DNA from: Longimicrobiales bacterium
GTDB lineage: Bacteria; Gemmatimonadota; Gemmatimonadetes; Longimicrobiales; Gaopeijiaceae
Assembly: GCA_965238005.1 (NCBI GenBank)
Contig: OZ250165.1
Coordinates: 160,001-224,000 of the forward strand
Direction of reading: 5' to 3'
Length of the DNA: 64,000 nucleotides
Positions within the stretch are counted from its first letter, which is position 1. Each line of letters opens with the position of its first letter. The notes below the pieces were generated by a model. That model worked only from the letters and a program-made list of their open reading frames with translations, was not told the DNA's origin and did no database searches. The position numbers and the translations under genes were made by a program. Positions 49,713 to 59,379 of this stretch are shown here, one piece after another.

Positions 49713-50506
49713 CCAGCCTCGACCGCGCCCTCCGGCGGCTGGCCGCCGATCTCCCGCTCTTCCCGGCGGCGGTAGATCAGGACCGAGAGGAGGATGCTGA
49801 ACTCGTAGAGGAGCACGAGGGGCGCCATCATCATGATGGTCACCGTGACCACGTCGCCGGGGCTGAGGAAGCTGGCCAGGACCGTGATCATGACGATGGC
49901 GTGACGCCTCTTCTTCCGGAGGAAGGCGGGCGTTACCAGACCCAGAGCCGAGAGGATCATGATCACCACCGGCAGCTCGAAGAGCACTCCAAAGGCCACC
50001 AGGAGCTTCGTCACGAAGCCCAGGTAGGGGCCGGCCTGGAGGATGGGGTCCCAGTACTCCTCGCCGAAGAAGAGGAGGAAGCGGAGCGTGACCGGCAGAG
50101 CGATCAAGTACGACATGGCCACGCCGGCCGCGAAGAGCACCAGACCCATGTAGAGGCTGGGAATGATGGCCTTCTTCTCGTGACGCTCCAACGCCGGAGA
50201 CAGGAAGGCCCAGATATGGTAGATGATGATGGGAGATACCAGGATCACCCCGACCAGAACGCCGATCTTCAGGATCAGGAAGAAGGGCTCGGTGGGCGAG
50301 AAGAACTTGAGCTTCTCCCCTTCGCCCATCACCTGCTCGAGGGGCGCCAGCAGGATCTCCAGGACGCCGAACTGCAGCACGAGCACGAAGCCCGCCACGC
50401 TCCCCAGCACGATGGCCACAAGGCTCCACAAGATCCGCCACCGGAGTTCTTCCAGGTGGTCGAGGAAGGGCATTTCGCCCCGTGAAGTTCGGATTCGCTT
50501 CAACAT
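49709..50506 (-). CDS. tatC: Twin-arginine translocase TatC
   Basis: MPFLDHLEELRWR, SPTEPF, WAFLSPAL, FELP, SPGD, LYE. Confidence 0.96.
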   Translation of the reverse strand: MLKRIRTSRGEMPFLDHLEELRWRILWSLVAIVLGSVAGFVLVLQFGVLEILLAPLEQVMGEGEKLKFFSPTEPFFLILKIGVLVGVILVSPIIIYHIWAFLSPALERHEKKAIIPSLYMGLVLFAAGVAMSYLIALPVTLRFLLFFGEEYWDPILQAGPYLGFVTKLLVAFGVLFELPVVIMILSALGLVTPAFLRKKRRHAIVMITVLASFLSPGDVVTVTIMMMAPLVLLYEFSILLSVLIYRRREEREIGGQPPEGAVEAG

Positions 50507-50546
50507 TTCGTGTGCTTGCCTGCCGAAAAGGCGGACCCCGGACGGG

Positions 50547-51044
50547 TCAGAGCGGGAGCTCTTCCTGGTTCCGCGACCGGACCCTCCGCTCCTCCTGCGT
50601 GTTCAGGTCCTGGACCACCTCTTGGAACTCGCCGATGTCCTGGAAGTTCCGGTAAACCGAGGCGAATCGGATGTAGGCGACCCGATCGAGGGGAGCGAGG
50701 CGCTCCATGGCCATTTCACCGATGCGCGAGGCGGGAACCTCCGATCGCAGCTGCCCGGTCAGATCATCCTCGATGGCATCGACCAGCGCGTCGATGTCAT
50801 CCTGGGTCACCGGGCGTTTGGCGCAGGCGATCGTGATGCTCCGCAACAGCTTGGTCCGGTCGAACTCCTCGGTCCGGCCGTCGTGCTTCACAACGTGCAG
50901 GGGCCGTGCCTCGACGTGCTCGTAGGTGGTGAAGCGGGCACCGCACACCGCGCACTCGCGCCGGCGTCTCACGGCGCGTCCTCCCCGGCTCTCGCGGGTG
51001 TCCACGACCCGGTTCTCGGTCGCGTCGCACTCAGGGCAGCGCAT
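50547..51044 (-). CDS. nrdR: Transcriptional repressor NrdR
   Basis: MRCPEC...RRRRECAVC..RFTTYE, ATP cone, VAYIRFASVYR. Confidence 0.97.
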   Translation of the reverse strand: MRCPECDATENRVVDTRESRGGRAVRRRRECAVCGARFTTYEHVEARPLHVVKHDGRTEEFDRTKLLRSITIACAKRPVTQDDIDALVDAIEDDLTGQLRSEVPASRIGEMAMERLAPLDRVAYIRFASVYRNFQDIGEFQEVVQDLNTQEERRVRSRNQEELPL

Positions 51045-51062
51045 GAGCGGCCGGGCCGGGGC

Positions 51063-51893
51063 TCAGCGGATCTCCTGCAGCAGCTCCCGGGCCAGGTCCG
51101 CCGCGCCGCTGTCAGGGTAGGTGTTGACCACCGTCTCCAGGTAACGGACCGCCTCTTCCGTGTTGTCCTGGAGGGCGTAGATGGCTCCGGTCCGATAGAG
51201 CGCCTGAGGGACGCGGTCGTCGGTGGGGTACAGCTCGGGAATGCGGAGGAACACCTCGACGGCCTCGTCCAGGCGGTTCTCCTGCTCGAAGATATCGCCG
51301 AGGAAGAACTGGGCCGAGGGCGCGAGACGGTGGTCCGGATAGTCGGCAAGGAAGCCCTCGAAGGCCCGTCGCGCCGTGGTTAAGGAGCCCCGGCTGAGTT
51401 GGGCCATGGCCGCCTGGTAGGTGTCGTCGGCGGCCGCCGGATCGGCTCCCTCCACCTCTGGCGTGAGGACGCCCACGGAATCCGGATCACGCGGTCGGAG
51501 GGAAGGAATCACCCGGGCCGACTGGACGTCGATCCGATTTGACAGCAGGGTGACCTCGCGTTGGATCTCACCCGTCAGCGCCGTGAGGCGTGACAGCTGG
51601 TCCTGTATGTCCCGGAGCTCCCTGGCGATACCGCCCCGGGTGTCCACCACCATGCCGGACTGGATCTCGAGCGTGTCCTGGATGGCCTGGATCTCGGCGG
51701 CCAGGTCCCCGAGCTGTTGCTCCTGCTGGGCCGCCTGCCCCTCCACCGCGTCCCGAAGGCTCCGGATGTCGCCTTTGGTGGCGCACGCCGGCACCAGGGC
51801 GAGGAGAACCAGCGAGAAAAGCACCCCTCCCCCACGGCCTCCTCGACCGCGATAGGGCGCGGCGAAGGGGCCGGAGGGAGGGGTGAAGCTCAT
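51063..51893 (-). CDS. cpoB: Tol-Pal system protein YbgF/CpoB
   Basis: Lipobox LVPAC, coiled coil, TPR domain (YPDHRLAPSAQF, YPDSGAA); downstream of pal. Confidence 0.88.
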   Translation of the reverse strand: MSFTPPSGPFAAPYRGRGGRGGGVLFSLVLLALVPACATKGDIRSLRDAVEGQAAQQEQQLGDLAAEIQAIQDTLEIQSGMVVDTRGGIARELRDIQDQLSRLTALTGEIQREVTLLSNRIDVQSARVIPSLRPRDPDSVGVLTPEVEGADPAAADDTYQAAMAQLSRGSLTTARRAFEGFLADYPDHRLAPSAQFFLGDIFEQENRLDEAVEVFLRIPELYPTDDRVPQALYRTGAIYALQDNTEEAVRYLETVVNTYPDSGAADLARELLQEIR

Positions 51894-51894
51894 C

Positions 51895-51963
51895 TAGTGC
51901 CCTGAGTCAGAAGTGCGGCGCAGAACCGAGGGGACCGCAGCGCCGCTCTGGCAAAGGACACTA
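51895..51963. repeat. Short hairpin element with family-A-like TAGTG...CACTA ends (A4, 69 bp)
   Basis: TAGTGCCCTGAGTCAGAAG-TGCGGCGC...GCGCCGC-TCTGGCAAAGGACACTA; body diverged from A1/A2. Confidence 0.6.
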
Positions 51964-51979
51964 ACCTCCGAGCGGAGCG

Positions 51980-52591
51980 TTATGGCCGATCCCGGTCGTC
52001 CTCGCTGACCACGATGGTGCCGCCCGTGATCACGAACTCGACCCGGCGGTTCTGAGCCCACGCCGCTTCGTCACTACGGTTGACCAGCGGACGGTCCTCA
52101 CCGAAGGACGTACTCGTGAAGCGGTCCCCGGAGATGCCGAAGCCCGTGAGGAAGTCACGCACGCTCTCGGCGCGGCGGCTGCCCAGGGCCAGATTGTACT
52201 CCGTGGAACCCCTCTCGTCGGCGTGGCCCTCCATGCGGAGCCGGACGGTCGAGCTGTTCCGGAGGATCGGAATCTTCCGACGAAGGGCCTGCTCCGCTTC
52301 GTCGGTGATGGCGGACTCGTCGTACTCGAAGTTCACCGTCTCTTCGAGGCTTGACCGGGCGTCCCGCCGCGCACGATCCTGCCGTGCGCGCTCGCGGTCC
52401 GCGGCTTCCTGCTCCGCCCTGCGACGGGCAGCATCGGCGGCCTCGGCAGCGGCGATGGAGTCGGCGCGACGCTGCGCGAGTTCAGCGGCAGTCGGCCCCG
52501 TGGGAGCCGGCGGCGGTGCTGGATCACTGGAGCAGGCGCCGAGTACGAGTGCCGCGGCCAGACCCGGCACGAGTAGATCTTTGATCCTCAT
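51980..52591 (-). CDS. pal: Peptidoglycan-associated lipoprotein Pal
   Basis: Lipobox LGAC; FEYDES; EGHADERGSTEYNLALGSRRA; SFGE; AWAQNRRVE. Confidence 0.96.
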   Translation of the reverse strand: MRIKDLLVPGLAAALVLGACSSDPAPPPAPTGPTAAELAQRRADSIAAAEAADAARRRAEQEAADRERARQDRARRDARSSLEETVNFEYDESAITDEAEQALRRKIPILRNSSTVRLRMEGHADERGSTEYNLALGSRRAESVRDFLTGFGISGDRFTSTSFGEDRPLVNRSDEAAWAQNRRVEFVITGGTIVVSEDDRDRP

Positions 52592-52720
52592 CCCCAATCC
52601 TGTCGTGGAGTGTCCATGTCACGAGGCTCGCCCATGCTGGCGAGCCGCTCCTTAAACGCTTGCGTTGACACGCGTTTCGACCCCCTGAGTGAGACCGAGC
52701 GGCCTTAGGCATATACCCAA

Positions 52721-54184
52721 TTACGGTCCTCCGCGCAATGACCCGGGTCCCGCCGTTCCGAGCGACGGAGACCAGTCCGGCACCCGAACGTCGAACCCAC
52801 GCAGGAGCATGCGGTACTTGCCCGTGGCCGTGTCCACAACCATGAGCCCCGTCCCCCAATCGCGCCTCCCGATGAACACCAGGTGCCGCCCGTCGGGCGC
52901 CCAGCTCGGATCCTCGTTGTTTCCCTCCCAGGTGAGCTGCCGGAGGCGGCGCCCCCGATCCGACACCTCGGCCACCAGAATCTGATACCAGCCCCGCCGG
53001 CTCACGCGGCCGTGGAAGGCCACGTAATCGCCCATCGGAGCCCATTCGGGCGAGGTGTAGTAACCCTCCTGGCCGTGGAGGTACGGTGAGATGAGATCGG
53101 CCTCGCCACCTGACGCAGGCATCACGTAGATCTGAGGATGGGCGCTGCCGAGACGGTTGGAGTTGAAGGCCATCCGGCTGCCGTCGGGGGAAAACGTGGG
53201 CGAGATGTCGTCCCAGCGTCCGCCGCTGATGTGCGTGAGGCAGCAGTTCCGCTCCAGATCGTAACGGAAGATCCCGCTCCGGTTACCGCCGGTGACGGCA
53301 AACGCCAGCTCCCGGCCGTTCGGGTTGTAGGTCGGGGTGATGTGGTCACCGACCCGGTTCGGCTCGAGAACCCTCTCCTCCCCCGTGTCCAGGTTCAACT
53401 CGTAGATCCTGGGCAAGCCGGTGTCTTTTCGGGACGTAAAGGCGATCCGCTTCCCGTCGGGAGACCAGGTGGGGCTCATGGTCAGGTCGCCGTAGTCCGT
53501 GAGGCGCCGAAAGCTCTCCCCGTCGGAGTCGATGAGGTAGACCTCCTGGTTGCCGTCCTCGGTCCTCCGCGAGAACGCGATCCGGCTGGCGGCCATGCCG
53601 GGCTCGTCGAAGATCCACTCCACGATGGCGTCCGACGCAACGTGGACGGCCATCCGAAAGTCGTCCGACATATCGGCGGGGATGGGAAAGCGCCCGCGCT
53701 GGCGGACCTCGCCATAGACGACGTCATGGAGCTCCAGGACCAGCACGAACCCCTCGCCGGCTCCTTCCAGCGCGCCCGAGAGGAGCCAGACGGCCCCCAG
53801 CTGATCCCAGAGCTGATAGTCAATCTCGTCGCCCACCAGCGACTCCGGAAGGGAGTCCATGATCTCGAACCGGTCGCTGTAGCGCAGGTCCCGGGCCATG
53901 ATGGCCTCGACCCGTGGAGCCGAGGCCTCACCCCCCAGCCGGCCCGAGAAGGGCTGGAAGGCGAGAGCGGGTTGATACCCCCTCTCGTAGAGGAGCCCGA
54001 GCGTGACGCCCGGAATGGAGTCGGGCCCCTGGGCCGCCGCAGGCTCGAAGGGCAGAACCGCCGCCGCCAGGGCGAAGGCCAGCAGCCATCCCCGAACGCC
54101 ACTTCTCGAGCCCGCCATCCCCACCTTCGGGTTCGTCCGCAAATCATCATTCCTCGACACGTCCCGTTTCATTCGCGACCTCAC
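52721..54184 (-). CDS. tolB: Tol-Pal beta-propeller protein TolB
   Basis: TolB N-domain (ARDLRYSDRF), PD40 repeats (SPTWSPDG, PTFSPDG, PSWAPDG). Start uncertain (54118-54184). Confidence 0.93.
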   Translation of the reverse strand: MRSRMKRDVSRNDDLRTNPKVGMAGSRSGVRGWLLAFALAAAVLPFEPAAAQGPDSIPGVTLGLLYERGYQPALAFQPFSGRLGGEASAPRVEAIMARDLRYSDRFEIMDSLPESLVGDEIDYQLWDQLGAVWLLSGALEGAGEGFVLVLELHDVVYGEVRQRGRFPIPADMSDDFRMAVHVASDAIVEWIFDEPGMAASRIAFSRRTEDGNQEVYLIDSDGESFRRLTDYGDLTMSPTWSPDGKRIAFTSRKDTGLPRIYELNLDTGEERVLEPNRVGDHITPTYNPNGRELAFAVTGGNRSGIFRYDLERNCCLTHISGGRWDDISPTFSPDGSRMAFNSNRLGSAHPQIYVMPASGGEADLISPYLHGQEGYYTSPEWAPMGDYVAFHGRVSRRGWYQILVAEVSDRGRRLRQLTWEGNNEDPSWAPDGRHLVFIGRRDWGTGLMVVDTATGKYRMLLRGFDVRVPDWSPSLGTAGPGSLRGGP

Positions 54185-54248
54185 GTCGGTTGACTCGTCC
54201 CGCCGGACCAGTGCGCAAGGTACCGTACCAGTGCGCAGGGTAAAGGGC

Positions 54249-55031
54249 TCAGGGCAGGAGCGCCTCCACCTTCACTGTCTCCTCCGGAAGATCCGTACCG
54301 CGCCCGCCCTTGGGATCGATCTTGAAGACGACCGGCAGGAGATCGAAGGGAAGATCTTCGGGGAGCGGTCCCAGACGGCCTCGGCTCCCAGCACACTCCG
54401 CGGCCCCCATGGCCTCTATGTCGAAGGGCGTGTTGTTAGAGGACTCCAGCACGTCGATGCCGGAAACCGTTCCGTCGCGGTTGATGACGAAGTAGATGGT
54501 CGCCCGAAAGTCGTCGGATCCCCTCCACCGGAAGCACCGCTGCATCTGACGGATGATGTTGTGGTAATACTCCGGATAGTCCCGTCGGACCCCCTCCATG
54601 CGCACGTTCAGGTCCTCACCCGGAGTCTCCACGTCGGGGTCGGGATCCGGGCTCGTGGGCACCGCCGGGTCCTCCTCTGGCTCGGGCTCGGGAGGGGACG
54701 TCACGTCTTCGGGCTTCGGGTCCTCCTCGGGGGGAGGCTCGTCTTCGATGACGGGCGGCGGCGTCTCCTCCCGAGGCTCCGGCACGACCTCCTGGGGGGT
54801 CTCGATGACCAGCTCCTCGGGCGGCGGCGGCGTGGGATCCCCGAGCTCCGCCGCGGGAGGTGACACCAGCTCGATCTCGTACACGACGAAGTTGGGGACT
54901 ACGCGCTCGATGGCCGACGTCCACCACGCAAGGAAGATTGCGATGGTGTGGACGAGGGCCGATCCCAGGAGGGGGCCCTTGCCGACCTTCTCGTGCTGTC
55001 GCCGCCTGGGCGTCGCGACCGGGCCGGTCAT
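54249..55031 (-). CDS. tolA: TolA/TonB-like energy transducer
   Basis: TM with SALVH, Pro/Glu-rich linker, TonB C-terminal domain (FVINRDG...ESS...FD..A); between tolR and tolB. Confidence 0.85.
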   Translation of the reverse strand: MTGPVATPRRRQHEKVGKGPLLGSALVHTIAIFLAWWTSAIERVVPNFVVYEIELVSPPAAELGDPTPPPPEELVIETPQEVVPEPREETPPPVIEDEPPPEEDPKPEDVTSPPEPEPEEDPAVPTSPDPDPDVETPGEDLNVRMEGVRRDYPEYYHNIIRQMQRCFRWRGSDDFRATIYFVINRDGTVSGIDVLESSNNTPFDIEAMGAAECAGSRGRLGPLPEDLPFDLLPVVFKIDPKGGRGTDLPEETVKVEALLP

Positions 55032-55435
55032 CTTCGGGGACGTTGTTGGGCCACCACAGCGAACGGGAGTCCGCTGTCCTTGACGGTCCCCATGATCTCG
55101 ACCCCGATCCCCCAGGCGGCCAGGGAGTCCGCCTGGATCCAGACCTTCTCGATCCGGCCGCCGGAGACGAGCTGGCTGAAGGACTGGGCGAAGTCGGTCC
55201 GGTTCACGGGCGTCTCGGCCAGGTAGACCGTGCCCTCGCGGTCCACCGATACGATGAGCGTGTTGTCTTCAGCCGACAGGGCGGAGACCTCCGCCTCGGG
55301 GACCTCCACCTCGATGCCACCCTGGAGGATGGGCGCCGTGATGATGAAGATGATGAGCAGCGTGAAGGCCACGTCCACCAGGCTGGTGACGTTGATGTCG
55401 GACATGAGCTCCAGATCCCGAGCCTTCGATCGCAT
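55028..55435 (-). CDS. tolR: TolR/ExbD
   Basis: INVTSLVDVAFTLLIIFIITAP. Confidence 0.93.
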   Translation of the reverse strand: MRSKARDLELMSDINVTSLVDVAFTLLIIFIITAPILQGGIEVEVPEAEVSALSAEDNTLIVSVDREGTVYLAETPVNRTDFAQSFSQLVSGGRIEKVWIQADSLAAWGIGVEIMGTVKDSGLPFAVVAQQRPRR

Positions 55436-55457
55436 TATCCGGCCTCGCAGGTGCGCA

Positions 55458-56177
55458 TCATATCCGGCCCTCCCGGGCCAGCGTCCCGATGAACTCGCTG
55501 GAGAAGCCCTCCAGCTCGCCACTCACCAGGTTCAGCCTCGCCACGAAGTGGTTGTAGGCGATGACCGCGGGAATGGCCACGGCCAGCCCCGCCACGGTGG
55601 TCACCAGTGCCTCGGCCACGCCGGGGGCCACCGCCCCGATGTTGGTGGAGCCCGACACCGTGATCCCAAGGAAGGTGTTGGTGATGCCGATGACCGTCCC
55701 CATGAGCCCCAAGAGGGGTGACACCGAGCCCATGACCGCAAGCCAGGTGAGGCCCCGGCCCAGCTCGTCCCTCTCCTCGGCCTCCTCCTTCTCGAGCACA
55801 AGCTTCAGGGCCTGGAGCTGGGTCAGTGACAGCCCGTCGCCGACGGGGGCGCCCTCCCGGAGGGCACCGGGCCTGAGCTCGCTGAAGAAGTTCACGCCCT
55901 GCCGAAACACACGGCCGTAGGGCGATGCGGGGAGGGCGATGATGGCCTTGTAGGCGTCTTCCAGGCCCGTTGCGCGCTCCATCTGCTGGAGGAAGCGACT
56001 GCCCTGGTGCCGGACGGTCCTGAACTGCCTCGCCTTCCAGAAGATGAGGATCCAAGAGGCCGCCGAGGACACGGCGAGCAAGAGCAGGACGAGCCTGGTC
56101 GCGAGACTCCCGCCGAACACCATGTCCCATGCGCTGGTCGGCGCGCCGACCTGCGCGAGGAGTGTGGAAAGCCCCAC
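55458..56177 (-). CDS. tolQ: TolQ/ExbB proton channel
   Basis: SPLLGLMGTVIGI, VAPGVAEALVTTVAGLAVAIPA. Confidence 0.94.
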   Translation of the reverse strand: MGLSTLLAQVGAPTSAWDMVFGGSLATRLVLLLLAVSSAASWILIFWKARQFRTVRHQGSRFLQQMERATGLEDAYKAIIALPASPYGRVFRQGVNFFSELRPGALREGAPVGDGLSLTQLQALKLVLEKEEAEERDELGRGLTWLAVMGSVSPLLGLMGTVIGITNTFLGITVSGSTNIGAVAPGVAEALVTTVAGLAVAIPAVIAYNHFVARLNLVSGELEGFSSEFIGTLAREGRI

Positions 56178-57173
56178 TTAGGAGCTTTTCCGGACTGCGG
56201 CCTCATGCGTTGCCACTCGTAGTCCCCGGTTTGCAATGAAGTTAAACGTCTCCCGCAGACCGTCCTTGAGCGCGTGGCGGGGTGCCCAGCCCCGATCCGC
56301 GAAGCGCGACACGTCCAGGGTGCTGTGGTGCAGCTCTCCCGGGCGCTCAGCCCGATAGATGCGGCCGGGATGATCGGCGGCGATGCTCTCGAGCAAGTCG
56401 GCGAGGCGGTTCACGCTGGTCCCCGTCCCCGTGCCCACGTTGAATGCCACCGAATCGAGATCAGGCTCTCGGCTCAGCGTCATGTCCGAAGCTCTGAGGT
56501 TGGCGCTCACCACGTCCTTAACGTATACGTAGTCACGGGTCTGCTCCCCGTCACCGAAGATGGTGAGCTCTTCCCCGGACTGCAGGCGGTCGCAGAAAAT
56601 CGCTACTACACCCGCCTCCCCATGTGGATCCTGGCGTGGCCCGTAGACGTTGGCGTACCGCAAAGCCACGTATTCCAGGCCGTGCACCTCGCGATAGTAG
56701 TGAAGGTAGTGCTCCCCCGAGAGCTTCGTGACGCCATACGGCGAGAGGGGCAGCTTCGGCGCCGACTCGGGTGTGGGCACCTCCTCCGGCTCGCCGTAGA
56801 CGACCCCTCCGCTGGACACGTAGATGATCCTCTTGGTGCCAGCCCCCCGCGCTCCTTCGAGGACGTTGATGAGTCCGAGGACGTTCACGGCAGCGTCCCT
56901 GGCCGGGTCGGCCACGGAGAAACGGATGTCGATCTGCGCCGCGTGCTGGTTCACGAGGTCGAAAGGGACCTCCCGGAAGAGATCCCTGAGGGCCGGGTCG
57001 GCGATGTCCATCTCGATGAACTCGACCTCGGGGCCTACGTTGTCCCGGATCCCGCTGGAGAGATCGTCCACTACCCACACACGGTCACCACGCGCCACGT
57101 AGGCGTCGACCACGTGGCTGCCGATGAACCCGGCACCACCCGTCACGAGGACCTTCCTTGCCGAATCACTCAT
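56178..57173 (-). CDS. NAD-dependent epimerase/dehydratase (GalE-like)
   Basis: VTGGAGFIGSH, SPYGVTK, RYANVYGPRQ, TRDYVYV. Confidence 0.93.
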   Translation of the reverse strand: MSDSARKVLVTGGAGFIGSHVVDAYVARGDRVWVVDDLSSGIRDNVGPEVEFIEMDIADPALRDLFREVPFDLVNQHAAQIDIRFSVADPARDAAVNVLGLINVLEGARGAGTKRIIYVSSGGVVYGEPEEVPTPESAPKLPLSPYGVTKLSGEHYLHYYREVHGLEYVALRYANVYGPRQDPHGEAGVVAIFCDRLQSGEELTIFGDGEQTRDYVYVKDVVSANLRASDMTLSREPDLDSVAFNVGTGTGTSVNRLADLLESIAADHPGRIYRAERPGELHHSTLDVSRFADRGWAPRHALKDGLRETFNFIANRGLRVATHEAAVRKSS

Positions 57174-58542
57174 CCGTGTCATTCCGCTCCGACTGTTCAG
57201 CAAGTTCCGGTCCAGAGTCCGTGGGTGCCCGTGCCGGATCCTCGGGATCCTCGTCCGGCTCGGAGTCCTCGAGGGCGTGGAGGTAGCGGATGGCGTCGAT
57301 GAACTCGGCCCCCCGGCCGTCGGCGACACCCTCCTTCAGGCGGGTGGTGGGCTCGTGCAGCAGCTTGTTGAGCAGCCGCTTCGAGAACGACTCCACGACC
57401 TCCCGATCCTCCTCGGGTAGATGGGAGAGACGGTGCCAGAGCCACTCCAGCTCGCTCTCTCTCAGGTGGCCCCACCGGCCCCGGAAGCTCTTGATCAAGG
57501 GGACCATGTCGCGGGCGTCGTGCCATCGGGCGAATGCCTCGGCGTGCTCCCGCACGATGGCTTCGGCGTCGGCGACGGAGGCCTGCCTCCGGACCAGGTT
57601 CCCGTCTACGATCTCGCGCAGATCGTCCACGTTGTAGAGGAATACATTGTCCTCACCGCCCAGCTCTGGCTCCACGTCTCTGGGGATAGCCAGATCCAGG
57701 ATCAGGAGCGGCTTCTTGCGGCGCCCCCCCACGGCATGGCGGAAGCCGTCGAGGGTGACCAGGGCGTGGGGGGCCGCCGTGGACGCCACCAGAACGTCGG
57801 TCTGGGCCAGGGCGAAGGGCATCTCGTCGAAGTGGACCGCTTTTCCGGCCAGTCGTTCGGCGAGGTTCTGGGCTCGGTCGTAGGTCCGGTTAGCCACGAT
57901 GACGCCCAGGATGCGATCCCGCTTAAGGGCTTCCACGACCAGCTCCGCCGTGGTGCCGGCACCCAGGATCATCACCTGACAGCCCTCCAGGTCGCCGAAG
58001 ATCTTGCGGGCCAGCTTCACGGCCACCGACGCCACGCTCGCCGCCCCCTCGCCGAGAGGAGTCTTGGACCGGATCTCACCACCCACGGCAAAGGCCGTCT
58101 GGAAGAGTCGATGGAGCACGGGGCCGGCAACGGGCGGGTCAACGGGCACGCGGCCGGCCAGCTCATATGCGTTCTTCGCCTGTCCTTGGATCTCGGCCTC
58201 GCCCAGAATGAGAGAATCCAGGCCGGCCACGACACGGTAGAGGTGACGAACCGACTCCAGGCCCTGCCGTCGATACAGATACTGTGCCGTCCCTCCCACC
58301 AGACCACCGGCCTTCTCCGACAGGACGGCCTCCGCGGCCGCCAGAAGGTCAGGGTCCGACCCCGGGCAGAGGTACAGCTCCGTCCGGTTGCAGGTGGAGA
58401 GGAGGACGACCTCCTTCATTCCGGCACGGTTGCGGAGCCCGCCCAGGGCCGCCACGACCTCGCTCTCGGTGAAGGCGAAACGCTCCCGTATCTCCACGGG
58501 GGCCGTCCGATGGCTCACACCCACGACCGCAATGGAGGTCAC
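57166..58542 (-). CDS. hemA: Glutamyl-tRNA reductase
   Basis: SHRTAPVEIRE, LSTCNRTE, GLDSLILGEAEIQGQ, DLAIPRD, KLLHEPT. Confidence 0.96.
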   Translation of the reverse strand: MTSIAVVGVSHRTAPVEIRERFAFTESEVVAALGGLRNRAGMKEVVLLSTCNRTELYLCPGSDPDLLAAAEAVLSEKAGGLVGGTAQYLYRRQGLESVRHLYRVVAGLDSLILGEAEIQGQAKNAYELAGRVPVDPPVAGPVLHRLFQTAFAVGGEIRSKTPLGEGAASVASVAVKLARKIFGDLEGCQVMILGAGTTAELVVEALKRDRILGVIVANRTYDRAQNLAERLAGKAVHFDEMPFALAQTDVLVASTAAPHALVTLDGFRHAVGGRRKKPLLILDLAIPRDVEPELGGEDNVFLYNVDDLREIVDGNLVRRQASVADAEAIVREHAEAFARWHDARDMVPLIKSFRGRWGHLRESELEWLWHRLSHLPEEDREVVESFSKRLLNKLLHEPTTRLKEGVADGRGAEFIDAIRYLHALEDSEPDEDPEDPARAPTDSGPELAEQSERNDTDE

Positions 58543-59348
58543 AGGAAGAAGCCTCCGCCGGAGCTCACCAGTCGGAGTGTCAGGTACGACACGATGACGA
58601 AGGCGAAGCCCACCACGGTCGTCAGAGCGCTCCTGCGCTCCTTGAGGCCTCCCCCCGCTCTCGACCCCAGTGCGGCCACGAAGACGAGCCAACTCAGGAC
58701 GGCCCAAACCACCTTGGGGTTGGATTGATCCAGGGAGTTCCGGAAGCTCACCGTCCACGCCCATCCCAGAACGAGTGCGAGCGTGAAGGCCGGAAAGCCG
58801 GCGACCAACCCAACCCGAACGAGGCGATCCAGAGTGGCCAGAGGCGGGGTGAACTGGAAGAGTCGTCCCAGACGCTTGCTGTTAAGCTCTCGGAGCTGGA
58901 CCAGGTAGAGGAGTCCCGCCGCGAAGGCCAGCGCCAGCCCACAGAGCCCGGCGAAGGCGAGGGTCACATGAAAGACGAACCAAGCTCCCTGAAAGTCCAA
59001 GACTTGGGAAGTCGGCTCGAAGCCGAGTGAGACGGCGATCCCCTGGAGAACGATCACGCCCGGGATGATGACGATCCCCACCCTCCGCCCTTCGCCCAGA
59101 CCGAGAGTGGCGACGAGCCCGGCTCCGATCACCAGGGCCAGGGTGGAGAGCGAAGGAGCCAGTCCGACCAGGGGAAGCTGGCCGTAGGCCGCCGTGAAGC
59201 GGGCCAGCGCGACCGCGTGTACCAGGACTCCCGCGGCGGCCATGCCGAAGGCGAGGTGGGGTCCACGACCTCGCCCCCCGGTCAGGAGGGAACGGAACCA
59301 CAGGATCAGAGATCCGATGTATAGAAGAAGGGCGACTACGTGTGTCAA
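58539..59348 (-). CDS. CcsA/HemX-family membrane protein
   Basis: About 8 TM helices; FHV; LVQLRELNSK; PPLATLD; NPK; overlaps the hemA start (GTGA). Confidence 0.82.
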   Translation of the reverse strand: MTHVVALLLYIGSLILWFRSLLTGGRGRGPHLAFGMAAAGVLVHAVALARFTAAYGQLPLVGLAPSLSTLALVIGAGLVATLGLGEGRRVGIVIIPGVIVLQGIAVSLGFEPTSQVLDFQGAWFVFHVTLAFAGLCGLALAFAAGLLYLVQLRELNSKRLGRLFQFTPPLATLDRLVRVGLVAGFPAFTLALVLGWAWTVSFRNSLDQSNPKVVWAVLSWLVFVAALGSRAGGGLKERRSALTTVVGFAFVIVSYLTLRLVSSGGGFFL

Positions 59349-59379
59349 CGGGCCGCGTCAGGGTGAAAAGGTCCGGACC

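Noticed and set aside
52598..52720. Hairpin GGCTCGCC-CATGCT-GGCGAGCC between tolB and pal as an ncRNA
   Set aside because: A single short stem-loop, most simply an mRNA stability or processing element; no family features.
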